From contig JAIPBS010000005.1 of the NCBI GenBank assembly GCA_021738625.1, forward strand, positions 51,478-115,477: DNA of 64,000 nucleotides, in the 5' to 3' direction. Made by a program: the position numbers and the translations under genes. Source of the DNA: Bacteroidales bacterium. Its GTDB lineage: Bacteria > Bacteroidota > Bacteroidia > Bacteroidales > JAIOZK01. The notes under the pieces are model-generated. The model saw only the letters and a list, made by a program, of their open reading frames with translations, was not told the DNA's origin and searched no databases. Of the stretch, positions 37,000 to 45,269 are shown piece after piece. The first letter of the stretch is position 1; each line of letters opens with the position of its first letter.

Positions 37000-38505
37000 A
37001 TGAGAAGCTTAAAAAACATACTCTTGCTTATGATGATCCTAAATCTGTTCAATCTGGGCGCTTCTTCACAAGAAGAACATACAAAAGACCGACAACCCTA
37101 TGCCGCCGGAAGGTTTTTTAATTCAAATCCTCATGAACTAATGGAAGAACTGAAACATTTGTTCGGTTTGGCAATTCCTCGAAAATATGAAAACCCTGTT
37201 GCCCTGATAACCCCGCACGCTGGATACGTATACTCCGGAGAAGTAGCCGCATGCAGTTTCAACCAGCTCGATCCGGATGCAGAATATGAAAATATTTTTC
37301 TCATCGCTTCAAGTCACAGAGTGACTTTGGGCGGTGCTTCGATCTATCACCAGGGGAATTATCATACACCCCTGGGAGAAGTGGAAGTGAACCGTGAACT
37401 CGCCAAAAAACTGATCGATGAGCATGATGTTTTTACCTTTCGTGAAGATGCCCATACTTATGAGCATAGCCTTGAGGTGCAAGTGCCCTTTCTCCAGTTT
37501 CATATGAACAAAAAATTCAGAATTGTTCCAATTATCATGGGCACCCAAAGCATAAGCGATTGTAAAAAGGTAGCCGAAGCATTGAAACCTTATTTTAATG
37601 ACAACAATTTGTTCGTGATCAGCACGGATTTTTCACATTATCCGTCTTATCAACAGGCTGCTGAAGTTGACCGCAACACCGCGGATGCCATCCTGAAGAA
37701 TAATGTGAATGCCTTACAAAATGTCCTGGCTAAAAACGAGCAAAAAGGATACAAGGATCTCGCAACAAGTCTTTGCGGGTGGAGTTCTGTTTATACCCTG
37801 TTGTATTTAACAGCGGATGATCCTGATTTTGAATATCATAAACTGAAATACATGAATTCGGGTGATCAGCCTTTTGGTGATAGATCCTCTGTGGTGGGAT
37901 ACTATGCTATAGCGGTAACGAAAAAAAAAAGTAGTTCTGCAGAAAACCCCCAATTCTCCTTAAGCCGCAAAGACCGTGATATTTTACTTGGAATCGCACG
38001 GCATACGATAAACTCCTATATAAAGGAAGGTATCAAACCTGAACTTGATCCCAGTGGCTATTCTGAAAGACTATTATCAGAATGCGGGGCCTTTGTCACC
38101 TTGCGCAAAGATGGGGCCTTAAGAGGCTGCATTGGACGTTTTACAAGCAATGAACCCCTGTATCGCGTAGTAAGTGATTTGGCCATTGCCAGTGCCACGC
38201 AAGATCACCGGTTTCCGCCTGTTACAGCGCGGGAGATCGATGATCTGGAAATTGAGATATCGGTGCTGACACCCCTCAGAAAGATCAATTCCTTTGATGA
38301 GATCGAATTGGGCAGGCATGGAATATATATCAGCAAGGGTTATCGCTCAGGAACTTTTTTACCGCAAGTGGCGACCGAAACAGGCTGGACTTTGGAAGAG
38401 TTTCTTGGGCATTGCGCAAGAGATAAAGCGGATATAGGGTGGAATGGCTGGAAATCAGCTGACATATATATTTATGAAGCTCTGGTATTCGGTGAAAAAG
38501 AATAG
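37000..38505 (+). CDS. amrB-amrA: Fused AmmeMemoRadiSam system protein B (MEMO1-like) and protein A (AMMECR1-like) with an N-terminal Sec signal peptide
   Basis: 501 aa. The signal peptide is MRSLKNILLLMMILNLFNLGASSQ. The MEMO-type motif is ALITPHAGYVYSGEVAA...STDFSHY. The AMMECR1-type motif is GAFVTLRKDGALRGCIGRF...GTFLPQV. Confidence 0.85.
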   Translation: MRSLKNILLLMMILNLFNLGASSQEEHTKDRQPYAAGRFFNSNPHELMEELKHLFGLAIPRKYENPVALITPHAGYVYSGEVAACSFNQLDPDAEYENIFLIASSHRVTLGGASIYHQGNYHTPLGEVEVNRELAKKLIDEHDVFTFREDAHTYEHSLEVQVPFLQFHMNKKFRIVPIIMGTQSISDCKKVAEALKPYFNDNNLFVISTDFSHYPSYQQAAEVDRNTADAILKNNVNALQNVLAKNEQKGYKDLATSLCGWSSVYTLLYLTADDPDFEYHKLKYMNSGDQPFGDRSSVVGYYAIAVTKKKSSSAENPQFSLSRKDRDILLGIARHTINSYIKEGIKPELDPSGYSERLLSECGAFVTLRKDGALRGCIGRFTSNEPLYRVVSDLAIASATQDHRFPPVTAREIDDLEIEISVLTPLRKINSFDEIELGRHGIYISKGYRSGTFLPQVATETGWTLEEFLGHCARDKADIGWNGWKSADIYIYEALVFGEKE

Positions 38506-38511
38506 AAAAAA

Positions 38512-39318
38512 CTACCGTATATATTTATACAGAAATCCCAGCACCGAATTGGTAAAGCTTTTAGAGGCCTCTGAATGTATGGAATGAGCGGTTTTCTCAA
38601 CGTAGGTGGGATAGGAGGAGCGGGAAATCCCCTGATAAAGCAATTCTGCTTCCTTGGGCTTGATCAATATGTCTTCCTCTCCAATCATGATCAGGGTTTC
38701 CGATTGTATTTTATGAAGCTTGTTGCGGGCGTCGAATTCCTCAATGGCTTTAATCTGACCGTGGAAACCTTCAATGGATTGCGGGTATGGATAATCGAGT
38801 GTGTATTTGATATAGGATGAAATGAATTTCTCATTCTCCATGGTTTTGGTTGAGAAAATCCAGAAAAGAAATTGTTGCAGCCACAACTCCATATCCATTC
38901 CTGATTTCCAGGCTTTGTAAAGATTGTTAAAGAGAAAGTTGTTTCTTTTGGAGCTGAAAGGAGCAGTGCTTTCCAGGATCAGTTTTCTGACCCGCTCGGG
39001 ATATTTGATCGCAAATTCCTGTGCGATAAACCCACCCATGGAATGGCCCAGGATGTGTATTCTTTCAATATTCAGATAATCCAGCATTTTTAGCAGGTCG
39101 GTGGCCATGTCCTCTATGCTGTATGGTGGGCTGGGACTGTCGCTGCGGCCTACGCCCCGGTTGTCGAAAATGATGGTTTGAAAATGATTTGACAAATCAT
39201 TTATAACAAATTGCCAGCTTTGACTGTCACTGCCCAATCCGGCAATCAAAACCAGGGGTTCTCCTTCTCCGTGTATTTCGTAATATATGTTGATGTTGTT
39301 TACCTGGGCAACGGGCAT
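38512..39318 (-). CDS. Alpha/beta-fold hydrolase
   Basis: 268 aa. The nucleophile elbow is GHSMGG, and HGEGEPLVLIAGLG matches the oxyanion region. It is 30 nt downstream of cheB on the same strand. Confidence 0.8.
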   Translation of the reverse strand: MPVAQVNNINIYYEIHGEGEPLVLIAGLGSDSQSWQFVINDLSNHFQTIIFDNRGVGRSDSPSPPYSIEDMATDLLKMLDYLNIERIHILGHSMGGFIAQEFAIKYPERVRKLILESTAPFSSKRNNFLFNNLYKAWKSGMDMELWLQQFLFWIFSTKTMENEKFISSYIKYTLDYPYPQSIEGFHGQIKAIEEFDARNKLHKIQSETLIMIGEEDILIKPKEAELLYQGISRSSYPTYVEKTAHSIHSEASKSFTNSVLGFLYKYIR

Positions 39319-39348
39319 GTTTCATAGTGTTTGTTCAAAGATATAAAA

Positions 39349-39942
39349 TTAGTGTATCCGGGGATCTCGATATTTATTTTTCCTGTTGATTTCATTTAAT
39401 AATTCAGCAATGCTTTCCAGTTTAAGTACATAATGTGGCCGGAAGAGGTCTATTGCCGAGCGCGGCATTGTATCCACCTCGGCGGTCGTGGGATCCTGCA
39501 CGATGGTTAAACCGCCGTGTTCTTTTATTGTTTTCAATCCTTTGGCCCCGTCATTGTTGGCTCCCGTTAGGATTATACCGATTAATCGATTGCCGTATGC
39601 AAATGCAGCAGTTTCGAACATGATATCAATGGAGGGGCGGGCATAGTTCACCTTATCTTCTACCGATAACGAAATGCTGTAATCCTCTTCGACAAGCATA
39701 TGAAAGTTGGGGGGAGCGAAATAGGCTTTACCTTTCTCGATTTTTTCTTTTTCATCCGCTTCTTTCACCGTCATTTTACACAGAGAATTGAGGTGTACTG
39801 TCATGTAATTGTCGGAATGTGCGCTGATATGTTGGGTTACAAGCAGGGGTATGCTGAATTCTGCATCCAGCCCTGTTAAGATGGTCTTGAGGGCGTTCAA
39901 CCCACCTGCAGATGCTCCTATGACTATAGCGCTGTATTCCAT
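39349..39942 (-). CDS. cheB: CheB-type protein-glutamate methylesterase, catalytic domain only (no receiver domain)
   Basis: 197 aa. The motifs are VIGASAGG, TQHISAH and LTGANNDGAKG, representing the Ser, His and Asp regions of CheB. Confidence 0.8.
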   Translation of the reverse strand: MEYSAIVIGASAGGLNALKTILTGLDAEFSIPLLVTQHISAHSDNYMTVHLNSLCKMTVKEADEKEKIEKGKAYFAPPNFHMLVEEDYSISLSVEDKVNYARPSIDIMFETAAFAYGNRLIGIILTGANNDGAKGLKTIKEHGGLTIVQDPTTAEVDTMPRSAIDLFRPHYVLKLESIAELLNEINRKNKYRDPRIH

Positions 39943-39946
39943 TTTT

Positions 39947-40825
39947 TCATCTCAGATAAAAGTTTTTTTTGTAAATTTTTTCCTTGTCATCTATCTCCTG
40001 AAAATGTTTGTAGGCGCTGGAAAACCGAAGCGATTCTTTTGATCCGAGGCAAAGATATCCACCTGGCATCAGGCTTTGCTCAAACAAGCTCAATACACGT
40101 TCCTGAAGCTCCTTATTGAAATAAATAAGAACATTGCGGCAGATCACCAGGTTGACTTCAGCGAAAACGTTGTCTGTCACCAGATTGTGTTCTGCAAATA
40201 CAATGTTTTTCTTCAGTGATGAATCCAGGATGACGGATTCATATTTGGCGGTATAATAATCAGAAAAAGCATTTTTGCCACCCGCCCGCTGATAATTGCG
40301 TGTGTACTCCTTGATCTTATCGATGGGGTAAATTCCTTCTCTCGCTTTTTTTAAGGCCAGTTGGTTAAAATCGGTGGCGTAGATTTGGGTTCTCTCGAAC
40401 AGCTTTTCTTCCTTAAGAATGATGGCCATTGAATATACCTCCTGTCCGGTTGAACAGCCTGCATGCCAGATCTTCAGGTAAGGATAAGTTTTTAAGAGGG
40501 GAATGATCTCCTCACGTAGTCTCTTATAAAAGGTGGGATCTCTGAACATTTCGGTAACTGTTATGGAAAGGTCCTCAAGGATTAGTTTGATGAAACTGTC
40601 ATTATAAATTACCTCGTGTATCAGTTCTGAAATGTTTTTTAGATTGGAACCGGACAAACGGTGTAAAACTCTTCTTTTGATATGTGCCTGCCCGTAATTT
40701 CTGAAATCATATCCATATTTTTGGTAAATAGCTTCAAGCAATAATTTGATTTCCAGGTTGATGTTTTTGTTCACCACATCTGTATCGGGCTCTCGGTTTT
40801 GTTTTTCTGCTTTGGGTTTGTTCAT
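39947..40825 (-). CDS. cheR: CheR-type protein-glutamate O-methyltransferase
   Basis: 292 aa. It has TEMFRDP and an IWHAGCSTGQEVYSMAI SAM-binding motif, plus CRNVLIYF. Confidence 0.85.
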   Translation of the reverse strand: MNKPKAEKQNREPDTDVVNKNINLEIKLLLEAIYQKYGYDFRNYGQAHIKRRVLHRLSGSNLKNISELIHEVIYNDSFIKLILEDLSITVTEMFRDPTFYKRLREEIIPLLKTYPYLKIWHAGCSTGQEVYSMAIILKEEKLFERTQIYATDFNQLALKKAREGIYPIDKIKEYTRNYQRAGGKNAFSDYYTAKYESVILDSSLKKNIVFAEHNLVTDNVFAEVNLVICRNVLIYFNKELQERVLSLFEQSLMPGGYLCLGSKESLRFSSAYKHFQEIDDKEKIYKKNFYLR

Positions 40826-40854
40826 TTTCTTTCCCGGATCGTACCTGCTTCTGT

Positions 40855-43800
40855 TTAGTTATTGTACAGCCAAACCCGCAATAGGCTGATCAATTTGTCT
40901 GTATTCACGGGCTTGGCCAGATAGTCGTTTGCGCCTGCTGCGATGCATTTGGCCCGGTCTTCTTTCATGGCTTTGGCGGTAAGTGCTATGATTGGAAGCT
41001 TTTCAAACTTTTTCTGCTTGCGTATTTCCATCATGGCTTCATAACCATCCATTTCAGGCATCATAATATCCATGAGTACAAGATTGGTGTCGGGGTTGTT
41101 ATTGAGTTTTTCAACACCCTCCCGTCCGTTTTTTCCAATGATCACCTTCATGCCGTTTTCTTCAAGAACACTTGCAAGAGCGAATACATTTCGCATATCA
41201 TCATCCACGATAAGGACTTTTTTGCCCTTAAGGGTATCGGGTTTCCCCTGCAGTTTTTCAAGCATGCTTTGTTTGTCTTTCGGCATGTCTTTATGAACCT
41301 GATGCAAAAAGAGGGTGGCTTCGGACAACAATCTTTCAAAGGACCGGGCGCCCTTCAGGATGATGGAGTCGGCATATTTTTGAAGCTTTTCATTTTCTTC
41401 AGGAGAAAGATCCTGTCCGGTATAAATGATCACAGGCAGGTCATTTATTTTTTTGTCTCTCCTGATTTGTTCCAACAGATCAAAACCGCTGAGTTCTTTT
41501 AGTCCCAAATCGAGTATCAGGCACTCGAACCTTTGCTTTTTAAGCAGTTCAATTGCCTTTTCTCCTGAGTCAACCGATTTGATCTCAACATTTCCTTCAT
41601 CCAGCAATTTAACAATGCTTTTTCTCATAATGGGATCATCTTCAACTACAAGAGCTTTTTTAATGGGGCGGGAAATTACGTTTTCAAGCTTTTTAAATAC
41701 CTCTTCCAATTTGCCGTGATCAACGGGTTTGGTAAGGTATCCAATGGCGCCCATTTTCATGGCATCCAGGGATTTATCGGCTGCGGAGATAATGTGTACG
41801 GGAATATGCCGTGTTCTGGAATTCTCCTTTAGCCTTTTCATAACCTCATACCCATCGATTCCAGGTAATCCTATGTCGAGAATAATTGCCTCGGGTAGAT
41901 AATAATCGGCATAATGCAGGCCGGTTTCACCATCCAGCGCAATAAGCGCTTTGAAATTCTTTTCGTGCGATAACTCATACAGGACTTGACAGAAATTCAC
42001 ATCATCCTCAATGATCAGGATGTAATGATCTCCCTGGTTTATGTCGTCCTTGTCATCAATGATCTCATGGTACTTATCCTGTTTACCTTTTATTTTTTCC
42101 CGGGTTTTTTTACTGGCTACAGCTTTTGCTTCTTCGTTTTTATCAGGTTTGTATTGTTCAGCAGGTTCACCTGTTTTGTTGAAGTTTTCGGGCAAAATAA
42201 GGGTAAATGCAGAACCCATGTTTTCTTTACTTCTGGCGATCAGAGCTCCCTGCAAAAGTTCGGTGAATTTGCGTGAGATGGTTAATCCGAGCCCTGTTCC
42301 GCCAAATTTCCTGCTTGTTGTTCCATCGGCTTGTTTAAAGGCCTCGAAAATATACTCCAGCTTATCCTCAGGTATACCAATGCCTGTATCGATAACAGAA
42401 AAGGCGACCGAATCCTCTTTTTTAAGGTTGAAAATACCGCTCAACATATCATTATCCGGTCGACCGACACTCAATTTCACTTCTCCTTCTTTTGTGAATT
42501 TGACGGCATTGGATATCAGGTTTTTAAGTATTTGCATCAGCCGTTGTGAATCCGTTCGTAATACCTTGGGGACGTCTTTTTTCTGTTCAAAATTCAACTC
42601 AAGCCCTTTTTCATTGGTCAGAGGTTTGAAGGTGCCCATTACAAATGATTTGACCTCACTGAGGTAAGTGTCCTCAATCTCAAGTTCTAATTTGCCGCTT
42701 TCAACCTTGGAAAGATCCAGAATTTCATTGATAAGTTCAAGCAAGTCGGATCCGGATGTGTTGATCGTTTTGGCAAATTGTATCTCCTTTTGGTCGAGAT
42801 GATCTTTCCTGTTTTCGGAAAGCAGTTGCGACAGAACAAGTATGCTGTTAAGCGGCGTACGCAGTTCATGCGACATATTGGCCAGAAATTCGGATTTATA
42901 TTTGCTGGCCTGTTCCAGGTCCCTGGCCTTTATCTCAATTTCCTCCCTGGCCTTTTTCAGCTCTTCATTTTTCTTTCGGATGTTGTCGCGTTCCAGTTCC
43001 AGGTCGTTGGTTCTTTCTTCAAGCTCCTCATTGGTTACACGCAGTTCTTCCTGTTGTGATTTCAGATTTTCTTCCGAGAGCTTGAGCGCCTTGGTTTGTT
43101 CTTCGAGTTCCTCATTGGCCTGCCGCAGTTCTTCCTGCTGCACCTGCAATTCATTTGCCTGTTTCTGTGTTTGTTTCAGCAAGCGCTGAACACGAGTGTG
43201 GACCTGTATGGTGTTGATTGCAACGGCAATGTTGTCAAGGCAACTGCTAAAAAAGTCGAGCTGCAATTCGCTGAATTCTTTCAAACTCCCAATCTGAATA
43301 ACACCCTTGGTCTCATTTTCGAAGATCACTGGGGCTGTGATCAGGTGTAAGGGTTTTCTTTCATCAATGCCGATGTTGAGCTTAGGTGTTATCTCTGCGG
43401 GTAGGTTAAAAGCCATTTGTTTCTGATCCTTGGCTACCTGACCGATAATTCCCTGACCCACTTCAAATTCGGTGAATTTATTTTGTATATCCTTGTATGC
43501 GTATGTAGCCTCAAGTTTTAACTTCCCATCCTCATATATATATAGCAATCCGATCTGTGCTTCCAGGTAATGAATCAGGAAGTTTATGATCTCATCGGTG
43601 AGTTTCCTGATGTTTTTTAAGCCGCTGAGTATGCTTTCCAGCTGGTTCATTCCACTTTTAAACCAATCCTGCTGCTGCACTTCAGTGGATGTTTCCCGCA
43701 GGGTTTTCGTCATTTTATAAAGTGCGATCCCCAGGGTGTCTTTGTCGCTGCGGGGGGTTATGTTGGTTGAATAATCCCCTTTGGCGATGCGGTTGGCCTG

Positions 43801-45213
43801 ATCGACAACATTTCTGAAACTCTCAACCATCTGGTTCATGGATTTCCCCAAAACATCTTCTTTACTTCTTATCATAACGGTTTTGGAATAATCACCATAG
43901 GCGGCCGATTCACTTACCTTTGCGTAGGATTGAAGTGATTCTACCAAATTGTTGAAGGTGTCCACCATTTCGCCCACCTCGTTTTTGGGGGCTTTCACTT
44001 TTTTACTGACCAGTTCTCCCGATCCCACCTGCTTGGCCCATGCTGAAAGTTTTTTGATGGGGGTGACGATTTTTTTGGTTACCAGCACCGAAATAAAAAA
44101 AACGATAATGGCAGTCAGGATAAAAGATATTTTGGCAATATCAGATAGCTGTTGTGCATAGCCGTATGCTTCAGTTTGATGTATTTCTTCAAGCAGGGCC
44201 CATTCAACGCCAAATTTTTCAAGATAATCCAGATGCCGATAAATACCAAGCACATATTTACCTTTGAAGTTAGGGTAGATAGAGATTAGCTCACGGTTTT
44301 GTTCCTGATCTCTCAGGTATTGTTCATCGTCCTTGTTCCGGATGTACTTTTGCCATTCCAGTGTTTTCGAGGTTCGCGCTTCCTGTTGCAGGATGGTCGT
44401 TTCATCATCAAAACGGGTGGCCGAGCGCAATCTCAGATCGGGTCCAACAAGATAAGCCTCTCCGGTCTCACCCAGTCCCACATCATCCTGTATGATGTTG
44501 TTGATGCGCTCCATGGTGATCTGTATGGCCAGTATGCCGATCATCTGATTTTGATCATCAAGTATCGGATGTCCGAAAAAGCCTGCAATCCGGTTGTTGG
44601 AGGGGGCATAATGAGCAAGATCGGAAAACAGAGGTTTTCTCGCTTCGATTATTTTCCTGCCGGTTTCGGCAAAGGGCGTATCTGAATATTTTCCCCGGAA
44701 AAGGTTTGTGCCCAGATCGTTTTGTTTCTTTAACGAGAAAAGTATATCACCGCGATTGCTGATGAAATAAATGTTATAATATCCCAGTTTTCGGGTCATT
44801 GCTTGCAGATCGTTGCGGCGGGTTTTGGCAATGCGCTCCCACTCATTGCTTGATGTAAACTCCTGCAGGTTCATGTCAGACTTTCTGTAGGCCTCTTCAA
44901 GCTGTTCCAAAAATCTGGTGTTGGATTGCAGGTTTGCCTGTATATCAAGATAATTAGCAATCTCTTTGAAGTAGGTGTTCAGGTACTCTACCCGAAGTTG
45001 GGAGGTGGTTATCAACGATTTTTCGGCCACGACATTTAATCCGGCATATGCAAAATAATAGTTAATAATACTCATCAGCAAAAGCGGGATCACCGAAATG
45101 CCGAGAAACCAGATCAGAAGAGATTTACCTACGCCAATGTATAATTTGGCTTTTAACCATTCTCTAAACCTGTCGAAACTAGTTTGTTTGTTGTTATTAC
45201 GATGTTCATTCAT
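40855..45213 (-). CDS. Giant hybrid sensor histidine kinase: Cache-like periplasmic domain, HAMP linkers, GAF-like domain, long coiled coil, HisKA/HATPase and three receiver domains
   Basis: 1452 aa. Two TM helices flank an extracytoplasmic domain of about 300 aa. The HAMP-like segment is TPIKKLSAWAKQVGSGEL...EVGEMVDTFNNLVESL. The H-box is MSHELRTPLN (His codon 42868-42870), and GGTGLGLTISRKF marks the HATPase. Three REC domains follow (ILIIEDD..., ALVVEDDP..., VLIVDDDMRN...MDIMMPEMDG). Confidence 0.9.
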   Translation of the reverse strand: MNEHRNNNKQTSFDRFREWLKAKLYIGVGKSLLIWFLGISVIPLLLMSIINYYFAYAGLNVVAEKSLITTSQLRVEYLNTYFKEIANYLDIQANLQSNTRFLEQLEEAYRKSDMNLQEFTSSNEWERIAKTRRNDLQAMTRKLGYYNIYFISNRGDILFSLKKQNDLGTNLFRGKYSDTPFAETGRKIIEARKPLFSDLAHYAPSNNRIAGFFGHPILDDQNQMIGILAIQITMERINNIIQDDVGLGETGEAYLVGPDLRLRSATRFDDETTILQQEARTSKTLEWQKYIRNKDDEQYLRDQEQNRELISIYPNFKGKYVLGIYRHLDYLEKFGVEWALLEEIHQTEAYGYAQQLSDIAKISFILTAIIVFFISVLVTKKIVTPIKKLSAWAKQVGSGELVSKKVKAPKNEVGEMVDTFNNLVESLQSYAKVSESAAYGDYSKTVMIRSKEDVLGKSMNQMVESFRNVVDQANRIAKGDYSTNITPRSDKDTLGIALYKMTKTLRETSTEVQQQDWFKSGMNQLESILSGLKNIRKLTDEIINFLIHYLEAQIGLLYIYEDGKLKLEATYAYKDIQNKFTEFEVGQGIIGQVAKDQKQMAFNLPAEITPKLNIGIDERKPLHLITAPVIFENETKGVIQIGSLKEFSELQLDFFSSCLDNIAVAINTIQVHTRVQRLLKQTQKQANELQVQQEELRQANEELEEQTKALKLSEENLKSQQEELRVTNEELEERTNDLELERDNIRKKNEELKKAREEIEIKARDLEQASKYKSEFLANMSHELRTPLNSILVLSQLLSENRKDHLDQKEIQFAKTINTSGSDLLELINEILDLSKVESGKLELEIEDTYLSEVKSFVMGTFKPLTNEKGLELNFEQKKDVPKVLRTDSQRLMQILKNLISNAVKFTKEGEVKLSVGRPDNDMLSGIFNLKKEDSVAFSVIDTGIGIPEDKLEYIFEAFKQADGTTSRKFGGTGLGLTISRKFTELLQGALIARSKENMGSAFTLILPENFNKTGEPAEQYKPDKNEEAKAVASKKTREKIKGKQDKYHEIIDDKDDINQGDHYILIIEDDVNFCQVLYELSHEKNFKALIALDGETGLHYADYYLPEAIILDIGLPGIDGYEVMKRLKENSRTRHIPVHIISAADKSLDAMKMGAIGYLTKPVDHGKLEEVFKKLENVISRPIKKALVVEDDPIMRKSIVKLLDEGNVEIKSVDSGEKAIELLKKQRFECLILDLGLKELSGFDLLEQIRRDKKINDLPVIIYTGQDLSPEENEKLQKYADSIILKGARSFERLLSEATLFLHQVHKDMPKDKQSMLEKLQGKPDTLKGKKVLIVDDDMRNVFALASVLEENGMKVIIGKNGREGVEKLNNNPDTNLVLMDIMMPEMDGYEAMMEIRKQKKFEKLPIIALTAKAMKEDRAKCIAAGANDYLAKPVNTDKLISLLRVWLYNN
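43009..43140 (-). repeat. Intragenic duplicated 48-nt unit encoding QQEELR(QA/VT)NEELEE(Q/R)T within the kinase coiled coil
   Basis: Unit 1 is at 43093-43140 and unit 2 at 43009-43056. By hand count they are 38/48 nt and 13/16 aa identical, separated by 36 nt. Confidence 0.6.
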
Positions 45214-45269
45214 CTTCGAGAACCTGATTCGTTATCGAAATTGTTACTAAAATGTTTGTTTAGGTAAGT

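Noticed and set aside
42041-43350. Several plus-strand ORFs (208, 115, 93 and 84 aa) inside the 1452-aa kinase gene.
   Set aside because: They are antisense to the coiled-coil/HisKA region. Their low-complexity Ser/Leu/Phe-rich translations are typical of shadow frames. The sense-strand gene has unambiguous kinase motifs.
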